38,663 nt of DNA, taken from contig CAYNAV010000003.1 in NCBI GenBank assembly GCA_964395405.1, forward strand, positions 1-38,663, read 5' to 3'. Shown here one piece after another: positions 7,583-14,886 of the stretch. The translations under genes and the position numbers were made by a program. This DNA is from Candidatus Woesearchaeota archaeon. GTDB lineage: Archaea > Nanobdellota > Nanobdellia > Pacearchaeales > GW2011-AR1. The stretch's first letter is position 1; each line of letters starts with the position of its first letter. The notes under the pieces are model-generated. The model was not told the origin of the DNA, searched no databases, and worked only from the letters and a program-made list of their open reading frames with translations.

Positions 7583-8404
7583 TTATTTCTTTGATTTTCT
7601 TTGATTCAAATCCCCCATAAACTGTGGCATAAGCCAATCTAAAAACTCTGTGAAATGATTTATATTTACAATAAACACGCTTTTAATTGTCCTTTCATCA
7701 TTCGCATTTGGCAAACCAAGAAATTCGGGATAATTATAAATTAAGGCATTTACTTCTTCTAACGAATTATAATTTATCAAGTTGCTATTTTTATCTATCT
7801 GGGAGGATTCATAGTCTAAGAAAAATATCCTCGCATTTGTTAGGACAATAGGCACATAAAAAGAATATGGTTTCAAGATTGTTTTGTTCCATCTCCATGC
7901 TTTTGTTTGAACCAATACCCTCTGAACTGCCCGATGAATTGGGTCTTCTTGCCTTGTGGAAGTTTTAACAAATTCCTTTCCTTTATTTTCAGGAATTAAT
8001 GTCCCATCGGGATTTATCATCATTGCCATAGGTTCTGAATAACACGCTTTCCACCTATCTTCTTCAAAAGACCTTATGGAAATTTTATTTCCTATCTCAT
8101 AAATGTAATTTACATTATTTGAACCCACTAAAGATTTTGGAAAAATCCAAGCAAAATCTGTTTTTTTGCATTCAATAATCAAATCTTTATCTCCTTGCTC
8201 AAAAGCCAAATCAATTTCAACCCTATCATCAAATCGTTCATTATATCCTTCAGGAATGAAATTCTTTCTTAATTGAAACATTCCACTTCTTTGTTCTAAA
8301 ATTCTATATGCTTTCTCTTCTAAGAAAAAACCTTTTTTATTTATAGTATTTATTAACATTGATTTATCTTCCTCTGAAAGAACTAATTCTTTATTTTCAC
8401 TCAT
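7583..8404 (-). CDS. PD-(D/E)XK restriction-endonuclease-fold protein with unknown C-terminal domain
   Basis: GFFLEEKAYRIL (helix Glu), VEIDLAF (Asp), LIIECKK (E-x-K). ATG 8404 forms an ATGA overlap with the upstream gene stop, with GGAGGG about 8 nt upstream. The track start 8410 is TTG. Confidence 0.6.
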   Translation of the reverse strand: MSENKELVLSEEDKSMLINTINKKGFFLEEKAYRILEQRSGMFQLRKNFIPEGYNERFDDRVEIDLAFEQGDKDLIIECKKTDFAWIFPKSLVGSNNVNYIYEIGNKISIRSFEEDRWKACYSEPMAMMINPDGTLIPENKGKEFVKTSTRQEDPIHRAVQRVLVQTKAWRWNKTILKPYSFYVPIVLTNARIFFLDYESSQIDKNSNLINYNSLEEVNALIYNYPEFLGLPNANDERTIKSVFIVNINHFTEFLDWLMPQFMGDLNQRKSKK

Positions 8405-8784
8405 TCCCAACCCTCCTCAAAATCATCAGGAAACTCTTCTTCCATATCATCATCACTCAACCCTTCCTCTCCATAATGAATAAATCCATCGGGTTCAAAT
8501 CCAAACTTGTGAAAGTTATTATTGACTTTCAAATAATTCCAATCATTTGAAACAGAAGTATCTAAATTATCTAGGGCTATGTGAAACAACCATTCTGAAA
8601 CTGCCTCATTCCCACCAAATTTTTTAAAAACAAATTCTCTTAACTCATTGGAATAATAGTGGTTCTTGCTTCTATGATTAACACTTCTATCGTCCTCATT
8701 GTCATCAATCCACCTATGAAGTTCTTGGTAGGTTTTTTCTGTTCTTTTTTTGCTTATCGCACAATGAACTTTATTTGATGGCAT
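8401..8784 (-). CDS. hypothetical His-rich protein with highly acidic C-terminus (127 aa from ATG 8784)
   Basis: The tttttataat box (complement of 8804..8813) lies 19 nt upstream of ATG 8784. The N-terminal 38 codons of the track ORF look non-coding. ELHRWID..NHRSKNHY, C-terminus DDDMEEEFPDDFEEGWE. Confidence 0.5.
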   Translation of the reverse strand: MPSNKVHCAISKKRTEKTYQELHRWIDDNEDDRSVNHRSKNHYYSNELREFVFKKFGGNEAVSEWLFHIALDNLDTSVSNDWNYLKVNNNFHKFGFEPDGFIHYGEEGLSDDDMEEEFPDDFEEGWE

Positions 8785-9122
8785 AAAACCTTTATAGATT
8801 AAGATTATAAAAATGTTTAGAAAAAACACCCCGTTACCCAGAACAGAATAAAAGTGTTCATTTACACATAGAATTTGCCGTTTAGTAATCCCAATCACTA
8901 TGGATTTTTGAATGGTGACTCCTACTTGTAACTCTCAGATAAATTAACTCTCTTAACGACGAGAGTACCATAATATTTAAATACCTCTCAGTATAGTATA
9001 CTCTATGAAAAAAAGTGGTTTTGCTCGTGACATTTCTCTACATATCAGTAGTATCTTAGACAGCATAACTTTAAAAGTGTATAATACTCTAATTAAACAT
9101 TCTAAACTTTTAGGTTAAAAAA

Positions 9123-9413
9123 ATGCAAGAACAAATAAATAACTTCGGCGATTTTGGGCAATTCATAAAACAAAAACATAATGAGATCTTGGCTCTAGCT
9201 GGAAAATGTGCTCAAGAGATCGGAATAGATGTTGCTCAAAAAGAAAATGCTTTAATGGATTTTGAGATCCTTTTAGGAGTTGACTTGGATGAAGAAGTTA
9301 GTAAAGAGTTAAGTAAAGAATCAAAAGTTTTAAGATTAGAATCATGGAAAGAATTAAGTAAAAAACATAAAAATAACTTTAATAAGATGATGGAAGAGTT
9401 AGACAGTTTTTAA
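9123..9413 (+). CDS. hypothetical acidic helical protein
   Basis: ORF with ATG start. It converges on the PIN gene with a 4-nt 3' overlap. No motif recognised. Confidence 0.45.
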   Translation: MQEQINNFGDFGQFIKQKHNEILALAGKCAQEIGIDVAQKENALMDFEILLGVDLDEEVSKELSKESKVLRLESWKELSKKHKNNFNKMMEELDSF

Positions 9414-9976
9414 CGTTTTGAAAATCTTTTATCTTTTCTCAATTTGTCTCGGAGTAATTTATCAAAAGAAGGAAGACCTGACCCGTCCATTCCCAAATGT
9501 TGGGCTCCAATCCTAAAAGCCTCATCTGTAGAATAAATTTTATTAATACCCCATTTTTTAAAAGCTAAAAGAATAACACTATCAGGTGAATGACAGTCTA
9601 AATAATCTTTACCTTCCTCTTTAAGCTTTTTATTCACTTCTTCCTCAAAAGATCTTGATTCCTGTTCAGAAACAAAACAATTTTTAGGGTATATCAATCT
9701 TACATTATTTTTCTTGAAAAATTCTTTTGCTTTTATTTTTGCTTTTTCCTTACTTAGATTTTCCCTTTTCTTTAGATACCGAACAAACTCATAGAGACAA
9801 ATAACATGTGAAAAAATCAAATCATTGAAGTTAAATATTCTTGAAGCTTCTCGCCCCAAAAGATAGGGTTGATCATATAATCTACGAAGAATATTGGTAT
9901 CTATTCCAACCTTCCTTCTTCCATTGAAGCATACTGAGCGAGTTATTGTAAACCCTTTTTTGAATTTATTTTTCAT
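9410..9976 (-). CDS. PIN-domain nuclease (VapC-like) with insertion
   Basis: VGIDTNIL (Asp 1), ICLYEF (Glu), SPDSVILLAF (Asp 3), YSTDEAF (Asp 4): the four acidic PIN positions in the expected order. Confidence 0.6.
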   Translation of the reverse strand: MKNKFKKGFTITRSVCFNGRRKVGIDTNILRRLYDQPYLLGREASRIFNFNDLIFSHVICLYEFVRYLKKRENLSKEKAKIKAKEFFKKNNVRLIYPKNCFVSEQESRSFEEEVNKKLKEEGKDYLDCHSPDSVILLAFKKWGINKIYSTDEAFRIGAQHLGMDGSGLPSFDKLLRDKLRKDKRFSKR

Positions 9977-10048
9977 TTTTAAAGCCTTAATGCTCTAGGC
10001 AAAATACACCGAGAATAAGTTTTGCTTACAACTCTGATGTTTAATTTA

Positions 10049-10070
10049 GTCTCTTTGAGCTCAAAGAGAC
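10049..10070. promoter_or_regulatory. perfect 22-bp palindrome gtctctttgagctcaaagagac upstream of the PIN gene
   Basis: Read directly. A third half-site, gtctctt, is at 10094..10100. Lies 73 nt upstream of the PIN start and about 110 nt downstream of the stop of 10183..11028. Confidence 0.5.
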
Positions 10071-10182
10071 AAGAAAAAGTTTAACAATTCCTTGTCTCTT
10101 CTATGATTTCTTAAAGCTCCTCAAGTATATAAACTTTCATATGCCTTTAAGTAAATAAGACTGTCAAAGTAAGCGACAGCAT

Positions 10183-11028
10183 CTAAAAGTCGGGATTATT
10201 TGAAGGTTTGACCTCTTTTTTGGTCATTCCGTTAGAGTCTACTTCAACCTCATATTCCTTGATTATAGGTATTGGGTTTTTGAAGAAAGTATCTGAGTGA
10301 TAATTAAGTGTTAGCATTATCCTAAATTTCTTCTTTTTATTAGAGGTGTGTTGTTCTTTGACCACATCATAGTTAAGATTAAATCTCTTTTCTAAGTAAT
10401 CTCTAAGTCTTTCAGCATACCTACTTTTTGAAGATAAGTAATGTTTATCAAACTCTGGAGAAGAGAAGGAATCTATAATCTTCCTTTTGATTCTTCCTTC
10501 GGATATATCTTTATCTTTTATCTGGGTAGTTAACTTAATACCCCTAGCTGGATAATTTCCTAGATTTTCAATTTCTACACATAGTATTTTGTTTAAGCTA
10601 AAATCTAGTTCTGTAAGTCTTGAAAGACCTATTGACTGCTTATAGGTGATTACATTGATAATTGTTGCTATGGCTAGGATAATGGTAAATAAAGCTATAA
10701 TTGTATTGTTGTCTGCTTTCATGTTTGTATAAGGAATATTCCCGCCACTAAGCCATGTAAACACCATAACGATTATTAAGAATACTAAGCCAAGCGTGAG
10801 TATAATTTTTCCGATATCTGGAGACCATTCAGGTGAAATGAATGCAAAGATCATCACGTATATTGAGATTATTATCAGTCCAAAAGAAGATAATGGGGGG
10901 ATATTAAAAAGACTAAATAGGACTAAGATAAGTAGAAGTAATAAGAATAATATCATTTTTTTAAAAGTGGTATTAGATCTTGAATAGATCCCAAAAACAC
11001 GCTTCAAATAATAGATCGTTTTATTCAT
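10183..11028 (-). CDS. membrane protein (about 4 N-terminal TM helices) with soluble C-terminal domain
   Basis: Hydrophobic segments LFLLLLLILVLFSLF, LIIISIYVMIFAFI, ILTLGLVFLIIVMVF, IIALFTIILAIATII. No enzymatic motif. Confidence 0.55.
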   Translation of the reverse strand: MNKTIYYLKRVFGIYSRSNTTFKKMILFLLLLLILVLFSLFNIPPLSSFGLIIISIYVMIFAFISPEWSPDIGKIILTLGLVFLIIVMVFTWLSGGNIPYTNMKADNNTIIALFTIILAIATIINVITYKQSIGLSRLTELDFSLNKILCVEIENLGNYPARGIKLTTQIKDKDISEGRIKRKIIDSFSSPEFDKHYLSSKSRYAERLRDYLEKRFNLNYDVVKEQHTSNKKKKFRIMLTLNYHSDTFFKNPIPIIKEYEVEVDSNGMTKKEVKPSNNPDF

Positions 11029-11180
11029 TGGTTTTATAATAATATTATATATTTAAAATCTGCTAAAACTGTCCACACTGTCTGATAAAAAAACTCCAAG
11101 TAATATTCCAAAGATTACCCTTATAGGGGTTTTATTTCTCATTTTTAAAAGCATTTATTTATTTTTATTCCTCTGTTAGT

Positions 11181-11528
11181 TTAATGATTACTCCAATAAT
11201 TATGCGTTTTATTTAATTCCTTACCAAAGAAGATTAACCTATCCTCTTTACCATCCCAAACTTCCAAGTCACAAGCAAGTTTAAAAAAACCATCTCCTGG
11301 CATTCGCGTATCGTCTTTATGAACTACAACAACTGAAAGTAAAGGTCTCCCATTGTCAAATTCAAATTGTGTTATTTCTCCAATTAGTTCAAATAATTTA
11401 TTTCTATCCTCTGAGTTTTCAAAAGGAAGATTAAACTCATTTGCTAGGTCACTATAATATATAATCCCCTTTTCGCCTTTTCTCTTTTTTGCAACTTCTT
11501 TTAGAAATTTATAAATTTCTCTATTCAT
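11181..11528 (-). CDS. hypothetical small protein, last gene of the CARF operon
   Basis: Starts 1 nt after the stop of the upstream gene. YSDLANEF...LIGEIT..GRPLLSVVVVHKD..MPGDGFF vaguely recalls MGMT/ATL-type wHTH domains. This is unverified. Confidence 0.5.
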   Translation of the reverse strand: MNREIYKFLKEVAKKRKGEKGIIYYSDLANEFNLPFENSEDRNKLFELIGEITQFEFDNGRPLLSVVVVHKDDTRMPGDGFFKLACDLEVWDGKEDRLIFFGKELNKTHNYWSNH

Positions 11529-11529
11529 T

Positions 11530-11937
11530 TTATTTTAAAAAATCCCATCGGTCTTTATATTTAATATTTCGTTGGAATGAATACCAGCAACTATTTTTTC
11601 TTTTTGATACATCTACATTCTTTGAAACAATTTTACTTGGAACAATGTAAAAATCAGGATTTTTATTTTCTTTTAAATTTACAAAAACATAAATCAAATT
11701 ATTTGAAGAAACATTTTTTGATTCTTCATTTAAAAGCCAGAAAGAAGGATTGCCCCAAGAAGCTTTAACCTGAATATTAAATGTTTTTTTAAAATCCGGA
11801 GTAGATGCCATAATATCCACATGAGGGGCATTTCTTGAAGTGACTGTAACAATATACCCCTTTGCGGAGAGTTCAGTTGCCACTGCATAAACGCCAGTCA
11901 TCCCCGTTACAAATCTTCCACGATCAGATTTTACCAT
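11530..11937 (-). CDS. small Hjc-like PD-(D/E)XK-fold protein (D...Q-x-K variant)
   Basis: GMTGVYAVATELSAKGYIV..VDIMAS..FNIQVKAS follows the archaeal Holliday-junction-resolvase-like layout. The first helix Glu is not evident. ATG 11937 shares one base with the TGA of the CARF gene. Confidence 0.55.
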   Translation of the reverse strand: MVKSDRGRFVTGMTGVYAVATELSAKGYIVTVTSRNAPHVDIMASTPDFKKTFNIQVKASWGNPSFWLLNEESKNVSSNNLIYVFVNLKENKNPDFYIVPSKIVSKNVDVSKRKNSCWYSFQRNIKYKDRWDFLK

Positions 11938-12542
11938 CACAACCTCGCAATCTTCCCGGCATCAGTAAGTTCGATACCTTTTTCAGTAGAAATTAAGTCC
12001 ATTTCTTTTAATTCGTCAATAGCCCTATAAAGCATAGCTGTGGAAAGTTCAATCTTGTCAGCCAATTCCACGATACTTTCATATTTATTTTTCCCAATTT
12101 CTACTAATATCTTTTTCTGGCTCTCAGTTAACCTAAAGCTTAACCTAGGCAAATAAACGATTGAGCTGTTCTTATCCTCTTCAGGGTTATATGCAATCTT
12201 CTTAACTCTCTCGTGGCGCGCATAGGCTGCGAATAATAAGCCCATTGCCTGTGTTTTTCTTCCAGAGGTAAGATTTAGGTAAATATCATCTTCATTTGGC
12301 TGCAGGTCTATAATTTCTACGCATTTCTTAGCTATTTCAACTATGTTATAAAGGTCAATCTTTACAATTTTGACATCAATAACCTTTCCTAATGAATCCT
12401 GTATAAGCTTTACGGATGCTTCCTGGATCTTGTCTGAATCTTTGCTCGTTAAAAGAATAAGCCTTTCAGGGCCTAGCCTAGTTGATGCTAATAAAACCGG
12501 CTCTGGATGATAGACTGTTGCAATAAGAACTTTTTTCCCCAT
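11937..12542 (-). CDS. Csa3-like CARF domain + C-terminal wHTH regulator
   Basis: About 200 aa with a Rossmann-like N-terminus (KVLIATV..). NLTSGRK fits the CARF signature [DN]-x-[ST]-x3-[RK]. C-terminus LTESQKKILVEIGKNKYESIVELADKIELSTAMLYRAIDELKEMDLIS is a wHTH. Confidence 0.65.
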   Translation of the reverse strand: MGKKVLIATVYHPEPVLLASTRLGPERLILLTSKDSDKIQEASVKLIQDSLGKVIDVKIVKIDLYNIVEIAKKCVEIIDLQPNEDDIYLNLTSGRKTQAMGLLFAAYARHERVKKIAYNPEEDKNSSIVYLPRLSFRLTESQKKILVEIGKNKYESIVELADKIELSTAMLYRAIDELKEMDLISTEKGIELTDAGKIARL

Positions 12543-12677
12543 TTCTTTGTTTTTAATTTGTGTTTCCTCTAGAGTAAGAGAAGATTTTCATTTATATAAG
12601 TTTCCATAGGAAATAGAACTGTAGATTATTTATATATCTTTCTACATATATGTATATTATTATACTTTAAAATAGAA

Positions 12678-12687
12678 ATATTTAAAA
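12678..12687 (+). promoter_or_regulatory. TATA-like box (atatttaaaa) for the long plus-strand gene block
   Basis: 22 nt upstream of ATG 12710 with no SD. The divergent region also holds palindromes tttccataggaaa and tacatatatgta. Confidence 0.35.
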
Positions 12688-12709
12688 AGAGTATTTTTCT
12701 AATAAATTA

Positions 12710-12913
12710 ATGAAGACTTTGAAATTTTCAAAAATAACAAAAGCAATAGACCGAGGATTAGTCTCCAAGTTTGGAGAAGCTCTATATGGTGCAGAAGAAG
12801 TAGAATCTATTTCAATCAAGGTTGATTTTAAGGATGGAAGTGTAATTGGTTTTAAGCGTTCTGAGGATGACGATAGACATGAAAGGAGAATGGAAAAATT
12901 TGACCATGACTAG
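12710..12913 (+). CDS. hypothetical small protein (67 aa)
   Basis: First ORF after the TATA-like box. Overlaps the next gene by 8 nt. Confidence 0.45.
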   Translation: MKTLKFSKITKAIDRGLVSKFGEALYGAEEVESISIKVDFKDGSVIGFKRSEDDDRHERRMEKFDHD

Positions 12914-13427
12914 TAAAGAAATTCTAAAAAGTGTAATAGTGTTTGATAGCATTCTTAGTCTTGAGAAGGGACTAGGTACGGTATTGCATCTAAAGAGTTT
13001 AATTAATTTTCTTAAAGATGATGTTAAAAGATATAATGAAAAGATGAGTATAAAAGAGATTAAAGAAATTTTAGATGTTTTATTGACCTCAGGAATTTTG
13101 ATTACCCGGGAAAAAGGATACATTGAAAGAGCTAGGGTATATAAGGAATCTCAAGAAAATAAAAAGGGTAACATTTCTAGGGAAGTAGCCAATGCCATTT
13201 CTAATTCAATTAGTTCAGGGGATTTAACTATCACAAATCAAGATGGAGAAGAAACAAAAGACGAGTCTCTATGCGATGTTTGTGGAAAAGATATTGGTAT
13301 CTGTCTAAATGCCTATTCTTATCACATTATTGTTTCTGATGATAAAATGGTCTTAGAAGAAAAGTTGTTCTGTACAAAAAAGTGCTGGGAGAAATATTTG
13401 TTAAAAGAAGCTAAAAAAGTAAAATGA
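12906..13427 (+). CDS. putative wHTH + TRASH-like zinc-finger protein (173 aa from ATG 12906)
   Basis: C-terminus CDVCG...x29...FCTKKCWEKY (C-x2-C ... C-x3-C). The N-terminus is helical. Confidence 0.5.
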   Translation: MTSKEILKSVIVFDSILSLEKGLGTVLHLKSLINFLKDDVKRYNEKMSIKEIKEILDVLLTSGILITREKGYIERARVYKESQENKKGNISREVANAISNSISSGDLTITNQDGEETKDESLCDVCGKDIGICLNAYSYHIIVSDDKMVLEEKLFCTKKCWEKYLLKEAKKVK

Positions 13428-13609
13428 AAAAACAAACAACTAAATTCAAATGTGATAATTGTGGAAAAGTTAAACATAGAGATTCAAATGTTAAGTTAAT
13501 CAATTCTTATGCTAATTGGACTACTGATTATTGTTCATGGGATTGCTTTATGGAATATGCTAAATCTTATCTTAGGGCTATTGGATATCAAGTGAGGAAG
13601 AAGAAATGA
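13424..13609 (+). CDS. small TRASH-like zinc-finger protein
   Basis: FKCDNCGK...x23...YCSWDCFMEY (C-x2-C-x23-C-x3-C). ATGA overlap with the upstream gene. Confidence 0.5.
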   Translation: MKKQTTKFKCDNCGKVKHRDSNVKLINSYANWTTDYCSWDCFMEYAKSYLRAIGYQVRKKK

Positions 13610-13767
13610 AAAAAGAACAAGAGCTTCAGGCCCAGGTAGCAGGATTAACCGTTAAAATCGAAAACTTAGAAATTAAATTAAAGGAAAAAGAAGAAATAGT
13701 AAAATCTCTTGTTCGGGAAAATAAGGAGTTTAAGGCTGGGATTATAAGATTTGTGATGGAGAATTAA
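13606..13767 (+). CDS. small coiled-coil protein (53 aa), below track cutoff
   Basis: ATG 13606 overlaps the upstream stop. TAA 13765-13767 abuts ATG 13768. Protein MKKEQELQAQVAGLTVKIENLEIKLKEKEEIVKSLVRENKEFKAGIIRFVMEN. Confidence 0.4.
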   Translation: MKKEQELQAQVAGLTVKIENLEIKLKEKEEIVKSLVRENKEFKAGIIRFVMEN

Positions 13768-14157
13768 ATGAAAGAAAAAGAATTAATAATAAAAATAGAA
13801 TTGGCAAAAGCTTGGATGAATTTTGCTTATTTACTTTTTTTCATCGGGGTTTTTCTTTTTGTTAATTCATATTTCTTATTTGAAATGTCTTACAGTATGG
13901 ATTCTGCATCAATAAAAGGCGTAAGTAATGTATTTATTTATGACTCTCAGCACTCAACAAATTTCACAGATAAATGGCAAGAATTAGCCGGACCATTAAT
14001 CAAAAGTTCAAGGGATTTTAAGACCTATGGATTTCTTTTTACTTACTGCGCATTATTCATGCCGATTGTTAGCTTAATATTTTGGTTGATAGGTTATCAC
14101 AAGATAAAAGCATTGAGCAATCCAAACAAAGATAAATGGTGGAGAAGGTTTTTATAG
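13768..14157 (+). CDS. membrane protein (2-3 TM)
   Basis: Hydrophobic helices FAYLLFFIGVFLFVNSYFLF and YGFLFTYCALFMPIVSLIFWLIGY. Confidence 0.5.
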   Translation: MKEKELIIKIELAKAWMNFAYLLFFIGVFLFVNSYFLFEMSYSMDSASIKGVSNVFIYDSQHSTNFTDKWQELAGPLIKSSRDFKTYGFLFTYCALFMPIVSLIFWLIGYHKIKALSNPNKDKWWRRFL

Positions 14158-14885
14158 TTTGCCGGTGTGGGGTTAATATGGATAGAGAAGCTATAAAGAA
14201 GATTTCTAGTGAGATTGATAAAATTGGAGAAGATCTCGTTAAATGCAATAATAATTGCGAAGGCGTTTGTGGTGGAAATGAAGAAGATAAGAAAAAAGGG
14301 ATTATGCCCCGATGCTTATATTTTGAAGAGAGACATGGCGAAGGAGGGATTATTGTTGTTGGAATGAATCCAGGGGTCGCAGATGAGAAGTATGAGAAAA
14401 ATGAGTTTTTAGATAAGGAAAAGCGTAATTACCCATGTTATAAAAGTTTTTTTGAGAAGAAAATGCTTAGAGTTGATGGCAAAAATTATTATAATCCTGT
14501 TAGGAAGGTAGTTGATAAGCTGGGTTTTAATGGATCTATTCTTTGGACTGAGATTGTAAAATGTCAATGTGCGGAAAAGAAAAAAAATCTTACTAAAGAG
14601 ACTAAGATAATTTGCGCCAATAATTTTCTCAAAAAGGAAGTTAAAACAACCCCTTCAGATTGGCAAATAATTACAATTGGCAATCCTGCATATGACCTTT
14701 GTTCAAAATTGTTTTCAAAAAGGAAAATTATAGGTATTTATCACAATTCGGGACAAGCAAGAAGATATTGGAAGAAATTTTTGAAGAAGTTTAATGAAAC
14801 AACGAAAGATGAAATAAGAGAATACTTAAAATTAAAATTAAATAATTCTAAGGCATTTCACCTTAGAATGTTGGAGGGAATTTAA
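14136..14885 (+). CDS. uracil-DNA-glycosylase-superfamily-like protein with SMUG1/MUG-type GMNPG motif (alternative start ATG 14178)
   Basis: IIVVGMNPG (motif 1 of UDG families 2/3), LWTEIVKCQC, IIGIYHNSGQAR in the place of motif 2. Cys-rich N-terminus CNNNCEGVCGG. Confidence 0.5.
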   Translation: MVEKVFIVCRCGVNMDREAIKKISSEIDKIGEDLVKCNNNCEGVCGGNEEDKKKGIMPRCLYFEERHGEGGIIVVGMNPGVADEKYEKNEFLDKEKRNYPCYKSFFEKKMLRVDGKNYYNPVRKVVDKLGFNGSILWTEIVKCQCAEKKKNLTKETKIICANNFLKKEVKTTPSDWQIITIGNPAYDLCSKLFSKRKIIGIYHNSGQARRYWKKFLKKFNETTKDEIREYLKLKLNNSKAFHLRMLEGI

Positions 14886-14886
14886 C

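Noticed and set aside
8950-8970. Small hairpin actctc-N8-gagagt and nearby agtata-g-tatact palindrome in the 8899..9122 intergenic region
   Set aside because: Stems of 6 bp in AT-rich intergenic DNA are common. There is no repeat elsewhere and no positional logic beyond a possible promoter region.
12812-13123. 103-aa minus-strand ORF inside the start of the plus-strand block
   Set aside because: It is antisense to two translationally coupled plus-strand genes. It has no start context and a hydrophobic low-complexity translation.
14136-14177. N-terminal 14 codons of the glycosylase-like ORF (MVEKVFIVCRCGVN)
   Set aside because: It is not rejected outright. Start 14136 overlaps the upstream gene by 22 nt, and ATG 14178 is an equally plausible start. 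Neither has a strong SD, so the 5' end is left ambiguous.
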